Shown piece by piece: positions 40,180 through 49,489 of a stretch of 64,000 bases of DNA. Source of the DNA: Oscillospiraceae bacterium. Lineage in GTDB: Bacteria > Bacillota > Clostridia > Oscillospirales > Oscillospiraceae. The stretch lies in assembly GCA_009777775.1 (NCBI GenBank), contig WRLE01000017.1, forward strand, positions 5,622 through 69,621, read 5' to 3'. The first letter of the stretch is position 1; each line of letters begins with the position of its first letter. A program made the position numbers and the translations under genes. The notes beneath the pieces are model-generated. The model ran no database searches. It worked only from the letters and a program-made list of their open reading frames with translations, and was not told the DNA's origin.

Positions 40180-40719
40180 ATGGATAAATTATCATATAGT
40201 GACTACTATTCATGGGACGATGGTAAACGCTGGGAACTAATTGACGGTATCCCATATGCCATGGCACCAGGACCATCACAAGAACATCAATCAATATCAA
40301 TGGGCATAAGTAATCAGCTATATAATTTTTTAAAAGGCAAAACCTACAAAGTCTTCTCGGCACCTTTCGATGTCCGTCTAAACCACGATTCCGAAGATGA
40401 CACCGTTGTCCAACCTGATATAATAGTAGTATGCGACGAAACCAAACTTGATGGAAAAAGCTGTAACGGTGCCCCTGACATGGTGGTGGAAATTTTATCA
40501 CCAACAAGCGAAAGGAACGACCGAGTAGTAAAGTTTCATCTCTACCTACGCTACGGAGTAAATGAATATTGGATAGTAGACCCGGTAGAAAAGACAGTAC
40601 AGACCCATATACTCGAAAACGGAAGATACATTATAAACGTATACACCGAAACTGACGAAATACAGGTACATACTCTAGAAGGACTGACGATAAAGCTAGC
40701 AGAGGTGTTTGTAGGATAA
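40180..40719 (+). CDS. Uma2 family (DUF820) PD-(D/E)XK endonuclease
   Basis: WELIDGIPYAMAPGPSQEHQ, VVQPDIIVVCD, APDMVVEILSPTS, VNEYWIVDP: the canonical Uma2 pattern. Confidence 0.85.
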   Translation: MDKLSYSDYYSWDDGKRWELIDGIPYAMAPGPSQEHQSISMGISNQLYNFLKGKTYKVFSAPFDVRLNHDSEDDTVVQPDIIVVCDETKLDGKSCNGAPDMVVEILSPTSERNDRVVKFHLYLRYGVNEYWIVDPVEKTVQTHILENGRYIINVYTETDEIQVHTLEGLTIKLAEVFVG

Positions 40720-40745
40720 TTCAGAATAAAGGAATTAGCAGCAAC

Positions 40746-41558
40746 ATGATTAAGTTTTCTCTTCTCATATGTGTTTACGAAAAAGAAAACCCCCAGCATT
40801 TCGCACAATGCATTGAAAGCATACTTAATCAGACAGTCTTACCTGATGAACTTATCATCGTCAAAGACGGTCCATTAACGAATGAATTGGATAAGATAAT
40901 ACTTAACTTGAACTTTCAACATGATTTAAGTATAATATCACTACCAGAAAACATGACCTTAGGTCCGGCGCGAGCAGAAGGTATAAAACAAGCAAAACAT
41001 GAGTGGATAGCGATAATGGATAGTGATGATATTTCTCGTAGCGATAGACTTGAAAAACAAATAAAAATGATTAATGAAAACCCTGAGCTTGGCTTAATGG
41101 GAGGACAAATTTCCGAGTTTACCAACCAGAAATCAAATAAAGTGTATTCACGAACAGTACCCACATCTCACAATGATATAGTAAAATATGCTAAAAAACG
41201 AAACCCATTTAATCATATGACAGTCATGTTAAAACGTGACCTTGTTATATCTGCTGGTAATTATAGGTATTTTCCCTTGTTTGAAGACTACGATTTATGG
41301 ATACGCATGATAAAAAATGGTGTTATATGCGCAAATCATCCAGATATATTAGTTGATGCTCGAACCAATAACAAGACATATGGACGAAGACGAGGTGTAT
41401 CATATATAAATTCTGAGTGGCGAATGCAATCTCAACTCAAAAAGATTGGTTTTTTAAACAATTTAGAATTCGTTCGAAACTTAATATTACGCATTCCTAT
41501 TAGACTACTTCCATCACGAATAGTAGGTTTCATTTACAAAAAAACGCTCAGAAGATAA
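40746..41558 (+). CDS. Family 2 glycosyltransferase
   Basis: FSLLICVYEKENPQHFAQCIESILNQT, IIVKDGPLT, IAIMDSDDIS (the DxD motif). Confidence 0.85.
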   Translation: MIKFSLLICVYEKENPQHFAQCIESILNQTVLPDELIIVKDGPLTNELDKIILNLNFQHDLSIISLPENMTLGPARAEGIKQAKHEWIAIMDSDDISRSDRLEKQIKMINENPELGLMGGQISEFTNQKSNKVYSRTVPTSHNDIVKYAKKRNPFNHMTVMLKRDLVISAGNYRYFPLFEDYDLWIRMIKNGVICANHPDILVDARTNNKTYGRRRGVSYINSEWRMQSQLKKIGFLNNLEFVRNLILRIPIRLLPSRIVGFIYKKTLRR

Positions 41559-41607
41559 AGAATAGTCATTTATTATACAAGAAAAACAACTTGAGGATTT
41601 AAACAAC

Positions 41608-42588
41608 GTGCAATTAACAAAAAAACGATTAGCCATATTTACAATGTTGATGACTGTCATTTATTTTGTTCCACTAATAAACCTACCCGATAGCATTGTA
41701 GGTACAAGAGGTGAGAACTTAATGCTTTTTGTGCCAAAAGTGTTTTTTTTGAGTCTCACCGCTGCGATAAGTACAGGAATACTTCTTGTTTTAATCCTTA
41801 AAAGAAATTATGTAAAAGAACAAATTTCAACTTTTCTAAGATACAGGCATTTACTTAAACTCCTAGTGAAGCGTGACTTCATTATGCGTTATCGAAAGAG
41901 TGTATTAGGTATTTTATGGTCATTATTAAACCCATTGTTAACAATGCTCGTAATAACAATGGTTTTCTCATTTATTTTTAAAAACCAAGTCGATAATTTT
42001 CCAGTTTACTTATTGTCAGGACAAATCATATTTGGATTTTTTAGCGAATCTACTACTCAATCTATGCAGTCAATTCTATCGAGCGAAAGTATAATTAGAA
42101 AAATATATGTTCCAAAGTATATATTTCCCATGGCGAAGGTGTTCTCATCGCTACTAAATTTACTATTTTCATTTCTTGCTTTTTTACTGGTTTTTATAAT
42201 TACTGGAGCTAATTTTTCGTGGACAATGCTATTATTACCAATCCCAATTATATACACCTTTGTGTTTTCACTTGGGATTTCAATGCTCTTAAGTTCCATG
42301 GCGGTTTTTTTCCGCGACCTAACATACTTGTACAGTGTTTTTATTACATTACTAACTTATTTGACCCCTCTATTCTATCCTGTATCGATTCTACCAGAGA
42401 AAGTTGTACCTGTAATTGGCTTTAACCCAATGTATCATTATGTCGATTATGCTCGAAGTGTTGCTTTATATAGTACTGTTCCCGATTTGTGGTCTAATAT
42501 TGTTTGTTTAGGATTTGCACTTGCTGCACTTTGTATAGGAACTTTTGTCTTCATGAACCAGCAGGAAAAATACATACTATATATGTAA
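41608..42588 (+). CDS. wzm: ABC-2 type polysaccharide/teichoic-acid exporter permease (Wzm/TagG)
   Basis: YRHLLKLLVKRDFIMRYRKSVLGILWSLLNPLL followed by six TM segments. GTG start with a roughly 60-aa N-terminal extension carrying an extra TM; the true start is uncertain. Confidence 0.8.
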   Translation: MQLTKKRLAIFTMLMTVIYFVPLINLPDSIVGTRGENLMLFVPKVFFLSLTAAISTGILLVLILKRNYVKEQISTFLRYRHLLKLLVKRDFIMRYRKSVLGILWSLLNPLLTMLVITMVFSFIFKNQVDNFPVYLLSGQIIFGFFSESTTQSMQSILSSESIIRKIYVPKYIFPMAKVFSSLLNLLFSFLAFLLVFIITGANFSWTMLLLPIPIIYTFVFSLGISMLLSSMAVFFRDLTYLYSVFITLLTYLTPLFYPVSILPEKVVPVIGFNPMYHYVDYARSVALYSTVPDLWSNIVCLGFALAALCIGTFVFMNQQEKYILYM

Positions 42589-42605
42589 AAACGAGGATAA
42601 CAAAA

Positions 42606-43343
42606 ATGAATGTAGAATCTGCTATTGAAGTGAATGATGTATCAATGATGTTTCACCTTAGTAAAGATAGAATCGTTGGACTAAAAGAATACATAATAAA
42701 GGCAGTAAAGCGTCAACTTTTTTATGAAGAATTTTGGGCATTAAGAAATATAAGCTTTGATGTTAAAAAAGGTGAGGTTTTTGGCATCATGGGACTAAAC
42801 GGTGCTGGTAAATCTACATTATTAAGAATAATTGCTGGAGTATTTAAACCTACAAAGGGGTATGTAGTTATAAATGGTGCAATTTCTCCTCTTCTTGAAC
42901 TTGGTGCTGGTTTTAGCCCAGAATTTTCTGCACGTGATAACATATACATGAATGGCGCAATGTATGGACACTCTCCGAAATTTATGGATAAACTTTATAA
43001 CGAAATTATCGAATTTGCTGAACTAAAAGACTTCGAAAATGTTGCATTAAAAAATTTTTCAACAGGAATGAGTGCTAGACTAGGCTTTTCAATTGCAACA
43101 AGTGTACAACCTGACATTCTCATAGTAGATGAGGTCTTAGGGGTTGGAGACTATTTGTTTCGGAAAAAGTGCGAAGACCGCATCAACGCCATGATATCGA
43201 ATGGAGCAACTGTACTCATAGTTTCGCACAGTATTAGCACTATTAAGGAAATGTGCACACGTGCTATCCTCTTAGAAAAGGGAGAAGTTAAATGTCTAGG
43301 TAATGTTGATGAGGTATGTGAAGTATATGGTGATAATCTGTAG
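42606..43343 (+). CDS. wzt: Polysaccharide/teichoic-acid ABC exporter ATP-binding protein (Wzt/TagH), short form without a C-terminal carbohydrate-binding domain
   Basis: GAGGA RBS before ATG 42606. Walker A GLNGAGKSTLL, signature FSTGMSARLGFS, Walker B ILIVDEVLGVGD, H-loop VSHS. The ORF-track N-terminal extension overlaps wzm and was rejected. Confidence 0.9.
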   Translation: MNVESAIEVNDVSMMFHLSKDRIVGLKEYIIKAVKRQLFYEEFWALRNISFDVKKGEVFGIMGLNGAGKSTLLRIIAGVFKPTKGYVVINGAISPLLELGAGFSPEFSARDNIYMNGAMYGHSPKFMDKLYNEIIEFAELKDFENVALKNFSTGMSARLGFSIATSVQPDILIVDEVLGVGDYLFRKKCEDRINAMISNGATVLIVSHSISTIKEMCTRAILLEKGEVKCLGNVDEVCEVYGDNL

Positions 43344-43415
43344 ATAAGAAATACTAAAAATACCATTAATATTAATATAATATACATTATTATTTGTATT
43401 TAGGCTCGCAAACTC

Positions 43416-43444
43416 TTGCCTTTGTCAAAAAAAACAATTATAAT
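43416..43444 (+). promoter_or_regulatory. Possible promoter for the heptose genes (TTGCCT, 17-nt spacer containing A8, TATAAT)
   Basis: TTGCCT at 43416-43421, spacer 43422-43438 including AAAAAAAA (43427-43434), TATAAT at 43439-43444. Confidence 0.4.
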
Positions 43445-43484
43445 GTGATTTACCATTTATCATTTAATTTTTAAAGGTAACATT

Positions 43485-44129
43485 ATGAATAGTATTACAA
43501 TACTCGATGATCTAGTAAGTCGATATCCAATCCTTAATGATAATAAATCGGAAATACTTGTAGCAACAGAATGTATATACAATGCTTTCGCATCTGGTAA
43601 AAAAATATTGGTTGCTGGTAACGGTGGCAGCGCAGCTGACGCAGAACATATTGTTGGCGAACTGATGAAATCATTTGTTATCCGTAACAGGGTGGTAGAA
43701 CCTTCTATAGAAGCAATGCTGTTAGAAAAGTATGGAGATGATGGGTCTGAACTCGCAAAAAAGCTTGAAGGAGCATTACCAGCAATCCCATTAACTGGAT
43801 TTATTGGATTAGCAACTGCATTTGCCAATGATGTTGACCCACAGGTTTCATTTGCTCAGCAAGTATATGGCTTGGGTCATGAAGGAGACATTTTTTTAGC
43901 TATATCAACATCGGGTAATTCTAGAAACCTAATAAATGCATTAATGGTTGCCGATGCAAAAGGATTAGTAACTATCGGATTAACGGGTCGTAACGGAGGA
44001 ATGTTTAATAATTATTGTCATTACCTTATACATGCTCCGGAGGATGAAACCTATAAAATTCAGGAACTACACTTACCGATATATCACACCATTTGTTTAA
44101 TGCTAGAGTTTGAATTTTTTGGAGGATAA
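43485..44129 (+). CDS. gmhA: D-sedoheptulose-7-phosphate isomerase (SIS domain)
   Basis: ILVAGNGGSAADAEHIVGELMKSF, LAISTSGNSRNLINAL, and a length of about 200 aa. Confidence 0.85.
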   Translation: MNSITILDDLVSRYPILNDNKSEILVATECIYNAFASGKKILVAGNGGSAADAEHIVGELMKSFVIRNRVVEPSIEAMLLEKYGDDGSELAKKLEGALPAIPLTGFIGLATAFANDVDPQVSFAQQVYGLGHEGDIFLAISTSGNSRNLINALMVADAKGLVTIGLTGRNGGMFNNYCHYLIHAPEDETYKIQELHLPIYHTICLMLEFEFFGG

Positions 44130-44132
44130 TAA

Positions 44133-45563
44133 ATGACTGCACTCGATAATCTTAATAATGTCACAGTTCTTGTAGCTGGTGATTTTATGTTAGATAAATA
44201 CTATTATGGTGATATTACACGATTGTCACCAGAAGCACCTGTACCGGTTGTTAATGTGCAAGGTGAGCGGTGTGTACCTGGTGGAGCCGCAAATGTAGTA
44301 AACAACCTGTGTAGACTTGGTTGTAAAGTAAAATCATTCGGCATAATTGGCGATGATACAGAAGGAAAGATACTGAGCAATCTTCTTAATGATGCTCATA
44401 CTGATACGAATTTTCTTTTACATGATGAATCATATAAAACTATTATCAAAACAAGAATAGTTGGAAATAACAATCATCAAATTGCGCGACTTGATTTTAA
44501 TGAAAATTATCCTTTCCCAGCTACTTCTAAATTACTGGAGAGCCTTGATGCAGCTCTCGAAAATTGTAATATTGCTATTTTATCCGATTATGATAAAGGT
44601 TTTTGTAACGAAGAAACAACAAAAACACTCATTAGTGCATGTAAGAAGTATAATATACCGCTCATAATTGATCCTAAAGGAAAAAATTGGAACAAATACA
44701 ATGGTGCATCATGGATTGCTCCTAATTTCAGCGAATTTTCTGAAATGATTGGAAAATCAATAAAAAATACTGATGAAGATATAAGCGATAATATAGCCAT
44801 TATTAGTTCATCATTCACAATCGAGAATGTACTAGTAACTCGTTCAGAACAAGGAATGACACTTTATAACGGAGAAAAAATATACCATATTCGATCAATA
44901 GCTCGTGAGGTATTTGATGTATCTGGTGCTGGTGATACAGTAGTTGCAGTTTTAGCTGCGCTTTTAGGAGCTGGAGTAGACAAACAAAATGCTGTCGAGA
45001 TTGCTAACACTGCAGCTGGTATTGCTGTAGGAAAAAGCGGAACTGCTACCGTTAGTAAAGGTGAATTGGCTGCAGAGTTACAAACAAATCGTAATGATAA
45101 AGCTTTATCAAAAATAATGAGTTGGGATATGTTATTTAGCCGTGTCGAACAGTGGAAAAGCGAAAATAAAACGATAGCTGTAGCGAATGGATGCTTTGAT
45201 ATTTTACATAGAGGTCACACTTCACTTATTAATGCTGCATCACAATGTGCTGATATCTTAATAATGGCTATTAATACAGACGAAACTGTACGTAAGCTTA
45301 AAGGCGATAGTAGACCTATAAACAGTGAGAATGACCGAGCGTATGTTTTAGCAGCATTAGAAAGTGTAGATGCTGTTGTCATATTTGGCGAAGATACTCC
45401 CGAGGAGTTACTAAGCCACATTTTACCTGATGTGCTTGTAAAAGGTGCAGAGTACACTCTTGAGCAAGTTCCAGGACGGCAGTACTCTAAACGAGTTGAG
45501 TTAGTAGAATATATTGATGGATATTCAACAACAGCAATCGTTAATAAATCAAAAAATGGATAA
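44133..45563 (+). CDS. hldE: Bifunctional D-beta-D-heptose 7-phosphate kinase / D-beta-D-heptose 1-phosphate adenylyltransferase
   Basis: Kinase domain VLVAGDFMLDKYYYGDITRLSPEAPVPVV and DVSGAGDTVVA. Cytidylyltransferase-like domain VANGCFDILHRGHTSLI ... RPINSENDRAYVLAALESVDAVVIF. Confidence 0.9.
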   Translation: MTALDNLNNVTVLVAGDFMLDKYYYGDITRLSPEAPVPVVNVQGERCVPGGAANVVNNLCRLGCKVKSFGIIGDDTEGKILSNLLNDAHTDTNFLLHDESYKTIIKTRIVGNNNHQIARLDFNENYPFPATSKLLESLDAALENCNIAILSDYDKGFCNEETTKTLISACKKYNIPLIIDPKGKNWNKYNGASWIAPNFSEFSEMIGKSIKNTDEDISDNIAIISSSFTIENVLVTRSEQGMTLYNGEKIYHIRSIAREVFDVSGAGDTVVAVLAALLGAGVDKQNAVEIANTAAGIAVGKSGTATVSKGELAAELQTNRNDKALSKIMSWDMLFSRVEQWKSENKTIAVANGCFDILHRGHTSLINAASQCADILIMAINTDETVRKLKGDSRPINSENDRAYVLAALESVDAVVIFGEDTPEELLSHILPDVLVKGAEYTLEQVPGRQYSKRVELVEYIDGYSTTAIVNKSKNG

Positions 45564-45573
45564 TTGAAATTAT

Positions 45574-46509
45574 ATGGATTTTTCGAAAATTGTTACCAAA
45601 TCTGCCTTCGGACGACAAAATCAAGTATATCTTAAAGACTTGATTCCGCTAGATACGAATATTGACTATTCACCAACTGATGAGTTTATTAAACTCATTG
45701 ATTGTATTCGTTATGCACGCAATAATAGCAAACCTGTAATTATGTTTATGGGTGCTCATGTTATTAAATGCGGTTTATCATTGTTTGTAATCGATTTAAT
45801 AAAACAAGGGTGGATTACACACCTTGCAGGGAATGGTGCTGTGAGCATACATGATTTTGAACTCGCTTTCCTTGGAGCAACATCTGAGGATGTCCCAATG
45901 GCAATTGATGATGGCTCATTTGGGATGTGGGAAGAAACCGGCGGGTGGATGAACGATGCAATTAAGATTGGAAAAGACGCTGGATATGGTAAAGCTGTTG
46001 CACAATATATAGAAAGTAATATTGAACGATTTCCTCATTTTTCAATGTCAATACTTCATACTGCATATAAGCTTGATATTCCAGTTACGATTCATGTCGC
46101 AATAGGTACAGATATAATTCATCAACACCCAAGTGCTGACTTTGGGTCCATTGGTATTGCAAGCGGCAATGATTTTTATATATTTTGCGAAAGTGTCTCC
46201 GATCTTGACGGTGGTGTATTTATGAACTTTGGTTCTGCCGTGACAGGACCTGAGGTTTTTCTCAAAGCTTTGTCAATAGTACGCAACCTTGGCTATGCAA
46301 AAGACAATATTACAACAGCAAATTTTGATTTAAAACCCTTAGGCGATTACAAGATAAATATTGGATATGAAGACCCGGATTATTACTATAGACCAAGAAA
46401 AAATATAGTAAATCGCCCCACACAAAATAGTGGTAAAGGGTGGCACTTTGAACTTGATCATATAATATCAATACCCTTATTACATCAGCTTTTAGTAGAA
46501 AGAGGATGA
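45574..46509 (+). CDS. Deoxyhypusine-synthase-like (DS family fold) protein of unknown function
   Basis: The block order VIMFMGAHVIKCGLSLFVIDLIKQGWITHLAGNGAVSIHDFE, ILHTAYKLDIPVTIHVAIGTDIIHQH, GVFMNFGSAVTGPEVF parallels the conserved DHS blocks. This is a manual recollection, not a search result. Confidence 0.4.
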   Translation: MDFSKIVTKSAFGRQNQVYLKDLIPLDTNIDYSPTDEFIKLIDCIRYARNNSKPVIMFMGAHVIKCGLSLFVIDLIKQGWITHLAGNGAVSIHDFELAFLGATSEDVPMAIDDGSFGMWEETGGWMNDAIKIGKDAGYGKAVAQYIESNIERFPHFSMSILHTAYKLDIPVTIHVAIGTDIIHQHPSADFGSIGIASGNDFYIFCESVSDLDGGVFMNFGSAVTGPEVFLKALSIVRNLGYAKDNITTANFDLKPLGDYKINIGYEDPDYYYRPRKNIVNRPTQNSGKGWHFELDHIISIPLLHQLLVERG

Positions 46510-46515
46510 TTTTAA

Positions 46516-47673
46516 TTGCTTCATAAATTTATCGTTTGGCTAAAAGCACGATTACCACATGGATTTAAGCAGAAACTGAAAAAGCTACTTGGTATAGGTT
46601 CAACTGCGCAGGAAGTAAGTCTGTTTGCTAGACTCGATATAGATTCATCAAAAATTAATATTGCGATTTATGCTGGCGGAGGTTTAGGTGACTTCATTGT
46701 ATATAAAGCGATAATTGATAGTTTATTAAATAACTACAATTGTATGATTTACCTATTCACTTTGAGTTATGAAAATGCAGTAACCATTCTTGGAAATACA
46801 ATCGGATTAGAAGTTCATTACTCAGTTATGACTCAAAATAACGAGCAGTTTGACCTCGTATTAGATATGGATCATTTTATAAATGTACGAGATTTTAATA
46901 TGAGCAGACTAAAAAATAAATCACTAAAATTATACGATGATGTAAATAGAATTATTGCATATAATAGAGCTAACATCCCCTCTACTGATAATATACTAGC
47001 ACAAAGAAATGTGATAATTTTTCGTGCAAAATACTTAGGGTTAAATAGATGGACTCAATTATCATGTGGCGGCGTGTTCGATATGACCTCTATGCGCAGC
47101 GGAATCACAATAGATGAATGTAGCAGCATTATAGATTCATATAGTTTAAAAAATAACTCATATATAACAATAAGTCGTGGTGCCGATGTTGATATGGGTG
47201 GTATGCGCCAAACAAAGATATGGCCATTGCATCGGTATGTTGAATTTGTAAGTTTATTCAAAGCAAAATATACAACAATTAAAATTGTACAGCTTGCGCT
47301 TAAAGATGAGCCAGAAATACCTGGTACAGACATAGTTATCCGTGATGCAAGCTTTGAGGACGTGAAGGTAATTTTATCTAACTCCCAAGCTCATATATCA
47401 AATGAAGGTGGATTGGTTCACACAGCCACACAACTAGGAACACGATGTATAGTTCCTTTCGGACCGACCCCAGCTCATTATTACGGATATCCTGAAAATA
47501 TAAATATTGTGTCGCCTGTTTGTAAAGGGTGTATGGAAACAACCGATGACTGGTTTCAACGTTGCCCTAGAGGTTATGAATCAGCTGAATGTATGGAAGC
47601 AATAACTGGATATATGATATTAGAAAAATTAGCAAATCATATATTAATTCTAAATGCGGATTATAACTTATGA
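46516..47673 (+). CDS. GT9-like (heptosyltransferase-family) glycosyltransferase, paralog 1
   Basis: INIAIYAGGGLGDFIV (N-terminal GD motif), KIWPLHRYVEFVSLF, ISNEGGLVHTATQLGTRCIVPFGPT. TTG start, with no in-frame ATG nearby. Four-Cys C-terminal motif CKGC...WFQRC...C. Confidence 0.65.
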   Translation: MLHKFIVWLKARLPHGFKQKLKKLLGIGSTAQEVSLFARLDIDSSKINIAIYAGGGLGDFIVYKAIIDSLLNNYNCMIYLFTLSYENAVTILGNTIGLEVHYSVMTQNNEQFDLVLDMDHFINVRDFNMSRLKNKSLKLYDDVNRIIAYNRANIPSTDNILAQRNVIIFRAKYLGLNRWTQLSCGGVFDMTSMRSGITIDECSSIIDSYSLKNNSYITISRGADVDMGGMRQTKIWPLHRYVEFVSLFKAKYTTIKIVQLALKDEPEIPGTDIVIRDASFEDVKVILSNSQAHISNEGGLVHTATQLGTRCIVPFGPTPAHYYGYPENINIVSPVCKGCMETTDDWFQRCPRGYESAECMEAITGYMILEKLANHILILNADYNL

Positions 47674-47716
47674 AATATTTAACACAATTATATTATTTCT
47701 TCAATGGAGATACTAT

Positions 47717-49474
47717 ATGAGTATTCAGCAATCGAGTGTTATTAACAAAAATAAACTAAGTAACCAACATAAATCTCGCTCATTTGTAATAAAAAGCATT
47801 TTAAATCGATATAGCTCTATATTTAGCTACATTATTATATTATTATGCGTTTTATTGAAATTCCCAAATATCATAAGTGTGCCATATCTATGGGCTGAAG
47901 ATGCACGAATATTTATGCAGCGTGCAATCGATTATGGTTATAAATCGATTTTTATGGTATATGCTGGATACTACCATTTTTTTACACAATTTTTTACATA
48001 TTTATGGGTACAAGTTTGTTCATTTTTAGGTACATTCGTTCCACTTCCTTATTTTATGCAGTACACAGCTCATATCACAAATTCATTGTTTCTATTTTTT
48101 TTTGTAACATCACGCTTTGACTGGTTAATAGCAAATAAGTATAATCGATTATTATGTATTACATTAACTATTCTTTTACTCCCACAAAACACAAGTGAAG
48201 TTTGGGGGTCAATTACACAGTTTCAATGGTGGGCAACCTTTTTTGTGTTTTTATCTGGTCTTGATATTTTACATGATAAAGAAAAACTGCTTCCAGAGTA
48301 TAAGTATTTTTTAATACTACTAATAATATCTTTTAGTTCACCATGTGTTGTTTTCGTATTAGGAATAATTGTTTTAAAAATCCTACTATACATAATACAT
48401 AATAACAACTATATTAGTATACAAAGAATTTCAAAGCATGATTGTATAAAACTATTACTAATAATTATTGCATTTATTATCCAAATAAATAGTATATTCA
48501 GAACAAGAACACCTAGTTTAAATGCTGGTACCTTAAATAGAAAATTGGAACTTGCAATTGAAGGATATTTTCGTTTTTGTGGGTTACTATTTCAACCCTG
48601 GAGGGTTTACCCATTTGTTTTTCGTGGTATATTTAGCGGTTTAGTTCTATCAGTAGTCTTTGGTGTGATTATTTGGGAAATTAATATATTTTGTACGAAG
48701 GAATTTCGTTTGGTATCGTTGTATGGGCTAATATTTAGTCTATCATTTTGGCTCTTATGCTGTGTAAGTTTTAGAGATATAGACTGGTTTGATATGTATA
48801 TACGGGGTCAAGGTGGCGGTAGATACGGATTTAATATACATATAACACTCATTTTCGTGTCACTCATCCGAGTATTAGGTTTCTTATATAGAATATCAAA
48901 AACTCAAAAAATATGTGCCTTATGTTGTCTTATATATTTCTTTTTATTATCATTTGGTGGAGTAGGCCTTATGAGTAATGAGGAAGTTGGTAAAACAGAA
49001 TACTGGATAAAATATTCAAATTTATTCACATCAATAGGTAATGAACTTATGTTTACACCTACACCTCTCGGTTTTGTTAGAATACCAATATCATTTGAGA
49101 AAATACAACTAAATAAAGGCAACATTGATGTTGTGATTATTTCAAACGAAATTACCCAGCAATTTATTAACAATTCATTTATTTATAGGAACGCTCTCAT
49201 TGACCAAGATACATTAAGAATATCTGGTTGGTTTTATAGTGTTGATTACGAAATTTATTTAGAAAAAGTTTTAGTAAAAGTAGAAAACACATATTATCCA
49301 TGTGATACATTTCTATATGATGAAAATAATATGACAAAAAAAACAGGTTTCTACGTTGATATTCCATGTTCATCTTTTAAAAATAGTAGCGTTTTATTAA
49401 CTTTTTATGGACTAGATAATAATAACAGCGAGTATTTCGAAAAAACAGTTATTTTCCCATATGTTGAATCATGA
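47717..49474 (+). CDS. Polytopic membrane protein (at least 10 TM) with a C-terminal extracytoplasmic domain; candidate GT-C-type glycosyltransferase
   Basis: GGAG RBS before ATG 47717. An acidic first-loop motif YLWAEDARIF after TM1, many TM segments, and a soluble beta-rich C-terminus of about 170 aa. No recognisable family by eye. Confidence 0.45.
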   Translation: MSIQQSSVINKNKLSNQHKSRSFVIKSILNRYSSIFSYIIILLCVLLKFPNIISVPYLWAEDARIFMQRAIDYGYKSIFMVYAGYYHFFTQFFTYLWVQVCSFLGTFVPLPYFMQYTAHITNSLFLFFFVTSRFDWLIANKYNRLLCITLTILLLPQNTSEVWGSITQFQWWATFFVFLSGLDILHDKEKLLPEYKYFLILLIISFSSPCVVFVLGIIVLKILLYIIHNNNYISIQRISKHDCIKLLLIIIAFIIQINSIFRTRTPSLNAGTLNRKLELAIEGYFRFCGLLFQPWRVYPFVFRGIFSGLVLSVVFGVIIWEINIFCTKEFRLVSLYGLIFSLSFWLLCCVSFRDIDWFDMYIRGQGGGRYGFNIHITLIFVSLIRVLGFLYRISKTQKICALCCLIYFFLLSFGGVGLMSNEEVGKTEYWIKYSNLFTSIGNELMFTPTPLGFVRIPISFEKIQLNKGNIDVVIISNEITQQFINNSFIYRNALIDQDTLRISGWFYSVDYEIYLEKVLVKVENTYYPCDTFLYDENNMTKKTGFYVDIPCSSFKNSSVLLTFYGLDNNNSEYFEKTVIFPYVES

Positions 49475-49489
49475 TAATGTAGGTATTTT

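Noticed and set aside
42504-42605. N-terminal extension of wzt in the ORF track (MFRICTCC...)
   Set aside because: It overlaps the 3' end of wzm, is Cys-rich and non-protein-like, and the ATG at 42606 has a GAGGA RBS. Analogous extensions were trimmed at 14069, 6825, 37184, 47654, 50383, 56229, 61294 and 63486.
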